64,000 nucleotides of DNA from Chiloscyllium plagiosum (lineage: Eukaryota). The DNA lies in assembly GCF_004010195.1 (NCBI RefSeq), contig NC_057754.1, forward strand, positions 13,112,224 through 13,176,223, read 5' to 3'. Positions 1-11,160 of the stretch are shown one piece after another. Each line of letters begins with the position of its first letter. Within the stretch, counting starts at the first letter, position 1. The notes under the pieces are model-generated. The model was not told where the DNA came from, ran no database searches, and saw only the letters and a list, made by a program, of their open reading frames with translations. The translations under genes were made by a program, and so were the position numbers.

Positions 1-410
1 TAGGCTGGAGATGTTATGGAGAGAGAGGAAAGCAAGGCTGGAGATGTTACGGAGAGGGGAAAGCAAGGCTGGAGATGTTACAGGGAGAGGAAAGCAAAGC
101 TGGAGATATTACAGAGATAGGAATGCAAGTCTGGAGATGTTACAGAGATAGAAAAGCAAGGCTGGAGATGTCACGGAGAGAGAGGTAGCAAGGCTGGAGA
201 TGTTACAGAGATAGGAAAGCAAGGCTAGAGATGTAAAAGAGATAAGAAATAAAGGGTGGTGATGTTAAAGAGAGAGGAAAACAAGACTGGAAATGTTACG
301 GAGGTAAGAAAGCAAGGCTGGAGATATTACAGAGATAGGAAAGGAAGTCTGGAGATGTTACACAGAGAGGAAAGCAAGGCTGGAGATGTTATGGAGGTAG
401 CAAAGCAATG
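1..410. repeat. Minisatellite, ~31-bp unit (AAAGCAAGGCTGGAGATGTTACAGAGATAGG), ~13 copies, cut by the window start
   Basis: Unit starts recur at 29, 60, 91, 122, 153, ~185 and 216. Confidence 0.95.
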
Positions 411-411
411 T

Positions 412-621
412 TGTAGATTACCAAATCCCCTTTTATTTCTTCATGCATGATCCATGGCACTGATCCAAGCTAGCTCAGAGCCGGCTCCGAAAGTGAACAG
501 AGCGCCTGATGCATCTGTTTATTTCTGAGCCAGGATTCCCTGATTATACCAAGTTCACAGTCCCAATCAGTGAACATGTATTATTGAGGTTTACCTGACT
601 GACCTCGTTCCAATCACTATA
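412..621 (-). mobile_element. Candidate short solo LTR
   Basis: Termini TGTAG...CTATA (one mismatch from TGTAG...CTACA). Minus-strand AATAAA near the 3' end (plus TTTATT at ~432). No TSD confirmed. Confidence 0.45.
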
Positions 622-1749
622 AAAACACTCCACGTATTTCTAACGTTCATTGACACCTACAAATCCACTAGTATCTGAAACCTCTTCCAGTTTCGCCAAC
701 GCTGTCTCTGTAAATTTCCCCAAGGACAGTCCTGCACCTTTCAGTCGACCCTCCTCTTATCAATTTCCTGCAGGGCCAAAACAAGCTTTCTTTTCCTGTT
801 TTCTATAAACTCTCGGTCTCAATGTTCTCCACCCAGGACGTCTCTTATTAATCACTAAGTGGTTCCAAAAAATTGATCCGCCATTTGTGTTTGACCTTAT
901 GCATAAGGAGGAAGGGAATTTCGAAGCAGGGAGCTTCATAGGGCATGGAGACCTTTTCACAAATAGGAATGTTTGTGGAAACTAGTGGGTTTACAGAGGT
1001 GGGAAGGGTCATAGAACATGAAGGATGTTCCAGAGACGGGCGGTTTGTAGGCACAATTGGCAGAATTTTTTATTATTGGAGCAGAGAGATAAAGAGAAAT
1101 AAATCATGTGATAAATTGTCCGGGTTACTTTTTCATCAGGTGTCGGGGAGGGTTTCTCTCTACAAGGTTCTTGTCGCCAGAATATTAATCTGGCTGGTCC
1201 AGCTCCGTTTTCACTTCAACCAAAAACTAAATCTATTCTTGTATTTGTAGTCTTCTTCAGCCCCTAGAACAATCCATATCCCTATAATATCAACCCAGCC
1301 TTCACACATCTTCCTATCTCTGTAACCTTCTCTGGACCCTACAGCCGTACTGGTCTCTGCACTTGCCACCATCCCTGAATTCCTTCCTAACGCTTCAACA
1401 AGGCCAATAAAATGGTAGCTTTAAATAGCATGAACCAGGTCAAATGGAGCTGGGATTATGGAGATGGTGCTGCAGTGTGACAAAGATTCAGAACTGAATA
1501 TATCAAAGGGGCTGACCATTTACACAGGAAGGATAAAAAGGCTAACACAGTGAAGTGCACTGAGTAGAAAGGATGGGATCAGTATTATTGTGATGCAAAT
1601 CAATTCACACACTGCTCCTCCCTGCTTTCTCCCCTCAGTCCTGCGTATTGATCCTATCAGATATTTGTAACCCTTGAAAACTTCAGGAAATAGAACAGTA
1701 CAGAAGAAATCACTCTGCACACTGTCTACATTGGACAATATGTAATGTT

Positions 1750-3030
1750 ATTTTTAAAGCCCTAGTTCTGTTTCCCCAGAGACGATAGGACTGCTGGCAC
1801 CTTCCTAAAATGGTTTGAGAGTTTCTGCCTCTACTCCGCTTCCATGTGTGACTCCCAGATCTCGACTATACTCTGGGTGAAATAACAACTTTCCTCAGCA
1901 CTTCGCTAATATTTCAAAAATTACATTTAATATTCACAATTGGTAACGCAATTCTACAAAAGGAGCAAGATGTTCTCTCCCTTTCTCCCCAGGCTCCTGA
2001 CAATATGTGCACCCCAATCAAATCTCCTCTCAGCATCCTCCATTCCAATCTTTTGCCATAACTGCACTTCCACTGTCACAGGGTAATGAATCTCCTCTGT
2101 ACTGTCTCCAGTCCAATTCCATTCTACCATATGACGGGGTGACCAGAACTGCACACAGTCCCCAAGCTGTGGCTGAACTCATTATTTATACAGTTCCTGC
2201 ATAAGCTTCCTGCTTGAAATTCTGCCCTTTGGCTGACAGAGGAAATGATGCCATTTGCTACATTAACGTGATTATTAGTGTTTCCAGCTACCTTCATTTT
2301 TCTGCCCACACTGACCATATTCTCATTTATTGTGTATTCTTTTCTATTGTTGATGTCCCCAAATGCCTTGCCTTGCACATCTCTGGGTTGTTTGCTTTTT
2401 TTTTAGATTACATTACAGTGTGGAAACAGGCCCGTTGGCCCAACAAGTCCACACTGACCCGCCGAAGCGCAGCCTACCCATACCCCTATATTTTACCCCT
2501 ATACCTAACACTGCGGGCAATTTAGCATGGCCAATTCACCTGATCTGCACATCTTTGGACTCTGCGAGGAAACCGGAGCACCCGGAGGAAACCCACGCAG
2601 ACACGGGGAGAACGTGCAAACTCCACACAGTCAGTCGCCTGAGGCAGGAATTGAACCCAGGTCTCTGGCGCTGTGAGGCAGCAGTGCTAACCACTGTGCC
2701 ACCGTGCCGCTTCATTCACCTGGACCCCATAGTTTCTGTTTTTAAGAAACCTGCCATGGGACTTCTCGTCAAATCCAAGTAATTCATATGCAGTTACAAG
2801 TTACTGCCTCAGACTGATACAGGCAAATTAATTACACACGATCTTCCTTGACCAAATCCAGACCGACGGTCCTGGAGTCCCTCTGACGTCCTCAGTGACC
2901 GTTTATCCACTGTCGCAGAATTCCAGCCTCGATCTATTCAGCCAGTCCCTTGCTTCACATTAAACAAAGCTGCAGTGTAAGCCATTCTCCTGTCCTCCGG
3001 CATCATCCCTGCATCCAGTGAGGATTGGAT
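1750..3030 (-). mobile_element. Old CR1 LINE ORF2 remnant, interrupted by a SINE
   Basis: Minus-strand CVQFWSP motif (plus GGTGACCAGAACTGCACACAG at ~2138) and decayed RT sequence at 2710-3030. Confidence 0.75.
2405..2710 (-). mobile_element. tRNA-derived V-SINE (HE1-like)
   Basis: Minus-strand head GCGGCACGGTGGCACAGTGGTTAGC (A box) ... GGTTCAATTCC (B box), V-domain TCCCCGTGTCTGCGTGGGTTTCCTCCGGGTGCTCCGGTTTCCTC, and TGTAA-repeat tail. Very similar to 33692-34000. Confidence 0.9.
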
Positions 3031-3468
3031 AATGTAGGGTAACTATAAGGAAGGGGATTTTCACCGGCTCCGTACAACAGTCTGGAACATTGTGTTACCA
3101 AATTTTCAGGATTTAATCTCCTGTATAATTCTCCGCTGCAAGTTTGTTGCAACCAATATTTCATCCCTATTTTGATTCAGACAGACAGAGGTCTAACCCA
3201 TTTTATGATTTGTTCAAGTCTCATTTTAATCGGGTTTCATGGAGGGTTTCTCTCCACAAGGTGAATTGCATTTTCTCATGATACCATCACCAATCCCCTG
3301 CCCGCGTGGTCTTCTTCTCATTTGACAATAACGCAATGATTTTTCCGCTTCGTCATAACAACTGCCCTTTGTCTGGATATCCCAGAACGCACCGGTCCCC
3401 CTGTTTCCAGGAGCCATCTTTAAAAAGTCATTTTACTCTTGGATTGTGAATCCGAAACTGGAGTCGAT

Positions 3469-3580
3469 ATGGCAGAGAGGGTAAAACTGGGGCCCCAATT
3501 TGTGGCCAAGCCCCTGGCCCTGGTGTATGATATGGTGCATGAGAAGGACATCATCTTCCTCCAGGGCTGGCAGGGAAAGC
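3469..3580 (+). pseudogene. Possible N-terminal remnant of a PIF/Harbinger Myb/SANT-like gene, cut by the CR1 insertion
   Basis: Translates MAERVKLGPQFVAKPLALVYDMVHEKDIIFLQG, resembling the R-x-P-x-F...L-x-x-LV...R-x-x-LF start of Harbinger Myb-like proteins. A possible later exon follows CCCCACAG at ~6655. Confidence 0.35.
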
Positions 3581-3581
3581 T

Positions 3582-6296
3582 AAGAACATAGAACATAGAA
3601 CGTAGAACATAGAACATAGAACATAGCACAGAACAGGCCCTTCGGCCCACGATGTTGTGCCGAACATTTGTCCGAGCTTAAGCACCCATCCATGTACCTA
3701 TCCAATTGCCACATAAAGTTTGCCAATGATTCTGACTCTGCCACTCCCACAGGCAGCGCATTCCATGCCCCCACCACTCTCTGGGTAAAGAACCTACCCC
3801 TTACATCTCTCCTATAGCTTCCACCCTTCACCTTAAATTTATGTCCCCTTGTAACACTCTGTTGTATCCGGGGAAAACATTTCTGATTGTCTACTCTATC
3901 TATTCCCATGATCATCTTATAAACCTCTACCAAGTCACCCCGCATCCTTCTCCGCTCCAATGAGAAAAGGCCTAGCACTCTCAACCTATCCTAGTATGAC
4001 CTAGTCTCCATTCCAGACAACATCCTGGTAAATCTTCTCTGCACCCTCTCCAAAGCTTCCACATCTTTCCTAAAGTGAGGCGACGAGAACTGCACACAGT
4101 ACTCCAAATGTGGCCTTACCAAGGTCCTGTACAGCTGTAATATCACTTCACGACTTTTGAATTCAATCCCTCTGCTAATGAACGCTAATACACCATAGGC
4201 CTTCTTACAAGCTCTATTCACCTGAGTGGCAACTTTCAAAGATCTATGAACATAGACGCCAAGATCCCTCTGCTCCTCCACCTGACTAAGAACCCTACCG
4301 TTAACCCTGTATTCCGCCTTCTTATTTGCCCTTCCAAAATGGACAACCTCACACTTGGCAGGGTTGAACTCCATCTGCCACTCCTCAGCCCAGCTCTGCA
4401 TCATATCTAAGTCCCTTTGCAGCCGACAACAGCCCTCCTCACTATCCACAACTCCACCAATCTTCGTATCATCTGCAAATTTACTGACCCACCCTTCGAC
4501 TCCCTCTTCCAAGTCATTAATAAAAATTACAAACAGCAGAGGACCCAGAACTGATCACTGCAGAACTCTACTTGTAACTGGGCTCCAGGCTGAATATTTA
4601 CCATCTGCCACCACTCTCTGACTTCGACCGGGTAGCCTGTTTTCTATCCAACTGGCCAAATGTCCCTCTATCCCATGCCTCCTGACTTTCCGCATAAGCC
4701 TACCATGGGGAACCTTATCAAATGCCTGACTAAAATCCATGTATATTACATCCACTGCTCTACCCTCATCCACATGTTTGGCCACCTCCTCAAAGAATTC
4801 AATAAGACTTGTAAGGCAAGACCTACCCCTCACAAATCCGTGTTGGATGTCCCCAATCAAGCAGTGTCTTTCCAGATACTCATAAATCCTATCCCTCAGT
4901 ACCCTTTCCATTACTTTGCCTACCACCGAAGTAAGACTAACTGGCCTGTAATTCCCGGGGTTATCCCTATTCCCTTTTTTGAACAGGGGCACAACATTCG
5001 CCACTCTCCAGTCCCCTGGTACCACCCCCGTTGACAGGGAAGACGAAAAGATCATTGCCAACGGCTCTGCNNNNNNNNNNNNNNNNNNNNNNNNNNNNNN
5101 NNNNNNNNNNNNNNNNNNNNNNNNNNNNNNNNNNNNNNNNNNNNNNNNNNNNNNNNNNNNNNNNNNNNNNNNNNNNNNNNNNNNNNNNNNNNNNNNNNNN
5201 NNNNNNNNNNNNNNNNNNNNNNNNNNNNNNNNNNNNNNNNNNNNNNNNNNNNNNNNNNNNNNNNNNNNNNNNNNNNNNNNNNNNNNNNNNNNNNNNNNNN
5301 NNNNNNNNNNNNNNNNNNNNNNNNNNNNNNNNNNNNNNNNNNNNNNNNNNNNNNNNNNNNNNNNNNNNNNNNNNNNNNNNNNNNNNNNNNNNNNNNNNNN
5401 NNNNNNNNNNNNNNNNNNNNNNNNNNNNNNNNNNNNNNNNNNNNNNNNNNNNNNNNNNNNNNNNNNNNNNNNNNNNNNNNNNNNNNNNNNNNNNNNNNNN
5501 NNNNNNNNNNNNNNNNNNNNNNNNNNNNNNNNNNNNNNNNNNNNNNNNNNNNNNNNNNNNNNNNNNNNNNNNNNNNNNNNNNNNNNNNNNNNNNNNNNNN
5601 NNNNNNNNNNNNNNNNNNNNNNNNNNNNNNNNNNNNNNNNNNNNNNNNNNNNNNNNNNNNNNNNNNNNNNNNNNNNNNNNNNNNNNNNNNNNNNNNNNNN
5701 NNNNNNNNNNNNNNNNNNNNNNNNNNNNNNNNNNNNNNNNNNNNNNNNNNNNNNNNNNNNNNNNNNNNNNNNNNNNNNNNNNNNNNNNNNNNNNNNNNNN
5801 NNNNNNNNNNNNNNNNNNNNNNNNNNNNNNNNNNNNNNNNNNNNNNNNNNNNNNNNNNNNNNNNNNNNNNNNNNNNNNNNNNNNNNNNNNNNNNNNNNNN
5901 NNNNNNNNNNNNNNNNNNNNNNNNNNNNNNNNNNNNNNNNNNNNNNNNNNNNNNNNNNNNNNNNNNNNNNNNNNNNNNNACGCTCTGTCTGAACCTTGTT
6001 TTCTCAACCTTATGTAAGCCTCCTTCTTCCTCTTTACTAGATATTCAACCTCCCTCGTCAACCAAGGTTCCCTCACACGACCATTTCTTTCCTGCCTGAC
6101 CGGTACATACATATCAAGGACACGTCTTATCTGTTCCTTGAAAAGGTTCCACATTTCCACGACATCCTTCCCTGACAGCCTATGCTCCCAACTTATGCTC
6201 CTCAGATCCTGTCTTACAGCATCGTATTTACCCTTCCCCCAATTGTAAAACCTGCCCTGTTGCACGCACCTATCTCTCTCCACAACCAAGGTGAAG
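3582..6296 (-). mobile_element. Relatively young 5'-truncated CR1 LINE (ORF2 RT), spanning an assembly gap
   Basis: Three same-frame ORFs (4555-5061, 3991-4512, 3580-3984) with NYRPVSLTS, QHGF, YMDFSQAFDKVPH, KFADD, HLEYCVQF and RFFTQRVV, separated only by stops at 4555 and 3991. (TTCTATG)n tail at 3582-3625. Upstream ORF2 linker at 5980-6296. Confidence 0.95.
5071..5979. other. Assembly gap (909 N)
   Basis: Run of N. Confidence 1.
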
Positions 6297-6923
6297 GCGC
6301 CATCTGCACTTTGTGACCTTACCCTCACTCTCTCTGTTAATGTACCCACCTCCCACTTAGGCTCATGTTCTCCCACCCTCAGTGCATGCAGCACCTTCTC
6401 TCAGTCTCTCTGTAATCTCTTCTCTGCCCCTTTGCCCAATTCTGCCTGATGTCTGTGCTGCCCACTCACTCACTTAGAACACCTCGAACTCTTTCCCCCA
6501 AGCTGTCCCAGCACTAACACCTGTATCAATCTCTTCCATTTCCCGAATCCTTCTTGGTAATTCTCACATTCTGGAAGGAACCATCCCACACGAGGGCACA
6601 AAGAGCGAAGAGGGATATAGGGAAGCCTAACATTCATCTCCTCATCTCCCCACAGGGAAGGATCCTGACCCTAACAACCAGGAGAGGCTGACCGACGGTG
6701 TCCAAGTTCCCGGACTGGAATCTGTGACTCCCCCTGACTCACTATGCTGGGCACCGTGACTGACTGTGGACAATGATACCTAGCTTCCTGGGTTTGTGTC
6801 TCTGCTAAACACCAAGTCAACACAACAGATGGGTGCGCCTGATAGCTCTAGCTGAGTAGAGACGCTGCTAAAGGCAGGGTAAGGCAAGGCAATAATTCTG
6901 TGAGCATTCTAGTCAGTTCAAAG

Positions 6924-7103
6924 TGAGTGTGTACAAACATGGAGTGAGCAGCCCAGAGAGACAGCCCATGAGCTAGGTGGGTGTCGCTGAGGGCAGTGTC
7001 CTTGCAGCAGAATTGAGTGTGTGCAAACACGGAGTGAGCAGCGCAGAGGGACAGTCCATGAGCTGGGTGTGCGTCCCTGAGCACAGTGCCCTTGCAGCAG
7101 CAT
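6924..7103. repeat. Two-copy 90-bp tandem duplication
   Basis: TGAGTGTGTRCAAACAYGGAGTGAGCAGC...CCTTGCAGCAG starts at 6924 and 7014. Confidence 0.9.
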
Positions 7104-7471
7104 TGCAATGAGAGTTGTCAGTGTACCCTGTGCTGCAGCATTGAAGTACAGATGCGTGCTGTCAGTAGGTCGGAGATGTGCTGGGATGGCATGGTGAGGC
7201 TGGCATGTGTCAGATGCCAGCATTGGTGGGTGTGGAGTACATGCAGCTTCTATCAGTGCAGTGTTCCCCGAGACGTTGGTGCCCAAGATAGAAGGCCGAA
7301 AGATCGTGGGGCGAGATGGAGTCACCGGTAACCAGCTCTTAATTTCCCCGCAGTGGGAGGGAGGATATGAAGCTGCAAGTTGATGAGGAGAGGTCACCAC
7401 TAATGTGGCTGTTGATCATCAGCAATCATTCAGTCAGCACCTCGCCACTGCTGCGCTCAAATCTTGTCTTT

Positions 7472-7908
7472 AAGAACAGCCCAGCACAGGAACAGGCCAT
7501 TCAGCCCAGCAAGCCCGCACTGACACATGATGTCCTTCTAGAGTTAAAACGAAAGTTTTTGCTTCCACACTTTCAATGTCATTCTATTCGCTGCTGTCTC
7601 TTCTCTGTGCCAAGATACCTCTTAAGCCTTGCTATATCAGCTTTTCCCCTCTCTCAGTGTATTCCAGGCAATTGCACATTCTGTCTGGAAAAGCAAAGAT
7701 AAACCTTGAACTTTCTCCCTTTTTCCTGAAACCTATGGTCCCTAGTAATTGATATTTCTACTCTGGGAAAAAAATCTAACTGTCCATCTATCTATCCCCC
7801 TGATAATTTTGTAAATATCTATCAAGTAGCCCCATAGCCAATGATGCCCAGGTGCACATAAACCATGTTTGTTCAATTTCTTCTTCTGGCTAATACCCTC
7901 CAAACCAG
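7472..7908 (-). mobile_element. CR1 3' end fragment
   Basis: Plus strand begins AAGAACAG...ACAGGAACAGGCCATTCAGCCC, the reverse complement of the CR1 3' terminus, followed by decayed ORF2 C-terminus. Confidence 0.75.
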
Positions 7909-10445
7909 GCCGTGATGGTTACTGTACAGTGGGAGGTATGTCGGGCCGTGATGATTACTGTACAGTGGGAGGTATGTCCTGCGGTGATGGTTACTGTACA
8001 GTGGGAGGTATGTCGTGCCGTGACGAATACTGTTCAGTGGGAGGTATGTTGGGCCATGACGGTTACTGTACAGTGGGAGGCACTTCGGGCTGTGATGGTT
8101 ACTGTACAGGTATGTCGGTCCGTGGTGGTTACGTGGGATGTATGTTGGGCTGTGACGGTTACTGTCGGTCCGTGGTGGTTAGGTGGGATGTATGTTGGGC
8201 CGTGACGGTTACTGTACATTGGGAGGAATGTCTTAACGTGATGGTTACTGTACAGTGGGAGGTTAGCCGGGCCGTGATGGTTACTGTACAATGGAAGGTA
8301 TGTCTGGCCGAGACGGTTACTGTACAGTGGGAGGAATGTCAGGCCGTGATGATTACTGTACAGTGGGAGGTATGTCGGAGTGTGATGGTTACTGTACTGT
8401 TGGAGGTATGTCTGGCCATGATGTTTACAGTACAGTGGGAGGTATCTCAGGCCGTGATGGTTACTGTGCAGTGGGAGGTAGTCGGGCCGTACTGGTGACT
8501 GTACAGTGGGAGGCATGTCGTGCCGTAATGGTTACTGTACAATGGGAGGTATGTCGGGCGGTGCTGGTTTCTGCACAGTGGGGTGTACGTCAAGCCTTGA
8601 CGGTTACTTTACAGTGGGGGGTATGTTGGGCCGTGATGGTTACTGTGCAGTGGGAGGTAGTCGGGCCGTATTGGTGACTGTACAGTGGGAGGTATGTCGT
8701 GCCGTAATGGTTACTGTACAATGGGAGGTATGTTGGGCGGTGATGGTTTCTGCACAGTGGGGTGTACGTCAGGCCTTGACGGTTACTTTACAGTGGGGGG
8801 TATGTTGGGCCGTGATGGTTACTGTACAGTGGGAGGTATGTCGGGACGTGACGGTTACTGTACAGTGGGAGGTATTTTGTGCCGTGACGGTTACTGTACA
8901 GTGGGAGGTATGTTGGGCTGTGATGTTTACTGTACAGTGGGAGGTATGACGTGCCGTGATGGTTACTGTGCAGTGGGAAGTATGTCGGGCCGTGATTGTT
9001 ACTGTACAGTGGGAGGTATTTCGGGCCGTGACACTTACTGTCCAGTGGGAGGCATGCCAGTCTGTGACGGTTACTGTACAGTGGGAGGTATGTCGCACTG
9101 TGATGGTTACTGTACAGTGGGAGGTATGTTAGTCCGTGACACTTACTGTCCAGTGGGAGGCATGCCAGTCTGTGACGGTTACTGTACAGTGGGAGGTATG
9201 TTGCACTGTGATGGTTACTGTACAGTGGGAGGTATGTTAGTCCGTGACGGTTACTGTACAGTGGGAGGTATATCGGGCTGTGATGGTTACTGTACAGTGG
9301 AGGTATGTCGGTCAGTGGCGCTTTGGTGGGAGCTATGTTGGGCCGTGATGATTACTGTACAGTGGGAGGTTAGCCGGGCCGTGATGGTTCCTGTACAGTG
9401 GGAGGTTAGCCGGGCCGTGATGGTTACTGTACAGTGGGAGGTATGTCGGGCAGTGACGGTTAATGTACAGTGGGAGGTATGTCTGGCCGTGATGGTCGCT
9501 GTACAGTGGGAGGTATGTCGTGCCGTGACGGTTACTGGACAGTGGGAGGTATGTCGTGCTGTGACGGTTACTGTAAAGTGGGAGGTATGTTGGGCCATGA
9601 CGGTTACTGTACAGTGGGAGGTATGTCAGGCTGTGATGGTTACTGTACAGTGGAGGTATGTCGGTCCGTGGTGGTTAGGTGGGAGGTATGTCATGCCGTG
9701 ACGGTTACTGTACAGTGGGAGGAATGTCTTACCATGATGGTTACTGTACAGTGGGAGGTTAGCCGGGCCGTGATGGTTACTGTACATTGGGAGGTATGTT
9801 GGGACGTGATGGTTACTGTACAGTGCGAGGTATGTCGGGGCGTGATGATTACTGTAGAGTGGAAGGTATGTCGGGGTGTGATAGTTACTGTACTGTTGGA
9901 GGTATGTCTGGCCATGATGGTTACCGTACAGTGGGAGGTATGTCAGGCCGTGATGGTGACTGTACAGTGGGAAGGACGTTGTGCCATAATGGTTACTGTA
10001 CAATGGGAGGTATGTCGGGCGGTGATGTTTTCTGTACAGTGGGGTGCATATCGGACTGTGATAGTTACTTTACAGTGGGGGCATGTCGTGCCATGACGGT
10101 TACTGTACAGTGGGAGGGATGTTGTGCCGCGATGGTTACTGTACAGTGGGAGGTATGTTGGGGCATGATGGCTACTGTACAGTGGGAGGCATGTTGGGCC
10201 GTTTTGGTTACTGTACAGTGGGAGGTATGTCGTGCCGTAATGGTTATTGTACAAAGTGAGGTATGATGGGCCTCGATGGTTACTGTATAGTGGAGGCTAG
10301 CCCGGCCGTGATGGTTACTGTACAGTGGGAGGTATGTCGGGCCGTAATGGTTACTGTTCAGTGGGAGGTATGTCGGACCGTGATGGTTACTGTATAGTGG
10401 GAGGTTAGCCTGGCCGTGATGGTTACTGTACAGTGGGAGGTTTGT
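7909..10445. repeat. Minisatellite, 36-bp unit GCCGTGATGGTTACTGTACAGTGGGAGGTATGTCGG, ~70 copies
   Basis: Units start at 7909, 7945 and onward. The unit contains the perfect palindrome ACTGTACAGT. It explains all the xDGYCTVGGM, VTVQWEV and HTSHCTVT ORFs. Confidence 0.98.
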
Positions 10446-11160
10446 CGTTCCAGGAAGTGGCAGACTGTATGAGTTGTACAGAATATGATGCTGCTGCCGC
10501 TACTGATGGGCCATTGTACCTTATGGATGCATCGTCATGGATTGCTTAATCTGTTTAATGTCTGTACCATTCAGTGTATATCATGGTGAGGAAGGTCTGC
10601 AAAATGTGAAGTTAGCACTTGCTCCCCATAAGGACTGTGTAGTGACAATTCTTACCGATACATGAAATTGAGAGGTGTATCTGCAACAGGCAGATCGGTG
10701 ACACTGTTGTCAATTATATGTTTCCCTTTTATGGATTTCTCCAGAACCTGCTGCAGACCAGTCTAGCAGCCACAGGATCCAGCATAACTGCTGAGCACTA
10801 TGATTAGGACAGATTCTCTACAGTGTGGAAAAGACTTTTCGGCCCAACCAGTCCACACCAACCCTCCGACGAGCAACCCATCACCATGGCCAATTCACCT
10901 GAGCTGCACATCTTTGGACTGTGGGAGGAAATTCTCCGCAGACACGGGGAGAATGTGTAAATGCTACATAGACAGTTTCCCAAGGCTGGAATCGAACAGG
11001 GATCGCTGGTGCTGTGAGGTAGCTTTGCTAACCACTGAGCCACCATGCTGCCCGATACTGAGAACATGCCAAGGAGCTGCCCTCTTCTGCCTGGCTGTTT
11101 CCTTTCAGTGGGACAGAACCTACCAGAGAAGATGGTGATGTTTCCTGGGACATGGTCCTG
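10446..11160 (-). mobile_element. Decayed L2/CR1-group LINE (second family), endonuclease/linker region
   Basis: Colinear with the reverse complement of ~49750-50440, e.g. ACCTGCTGCAGAC vs ATCTGCAGCAGGT. Interrupted by a SINE. Confidence 0.7.
10811..11053 (-). mobile_element. HE1-like V-SINE, diverged
   Basis: Same head, V-domain and tail architecture as 2405-2710. Confidence 0.85.

Noticed and set aside
880..1250. Promoter-like motifs (CCGCCATTT, TTATGCATAA, GGGAATTTCG, TTTTCACTTC) and the 101-aa ORF at 945-1250
   Set aside because: Short motifs are expected by chance, part of the region looks like a decayed L2-type 3' end, and the peptide is unrecognisable with no gene downstream.
2640..2710. 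tRNA genes at SINE heads (also ~10985-11053 and 33692-33765)
   Set aside because: The A/B boxes run directly into a V-domain and LINE-like tail, so these are SINE heads.
4967..6394. 475, 337 and 328-aa ORFs (and those at 22375-22989)
   Set aside because: They are artefacts of translating N runs.
7869..10266. Long Cys/Gly-rich ORFs (GRDGYCTVGGMS repeats, up to 338 aa) as a structural or metal-binding protein gene
   Set aside because: The 36-bp unit lacks stops in several frames on both strands, frameshifting variant units break the frames, and the unit traces to a LINE segment.
7909..10445. CRISPR-like array (36-bp period, internal palindrome)
   Set aside because: Units are head-to-tail with no unique spacers, there are no cas genes, and the context is eukaryotic.
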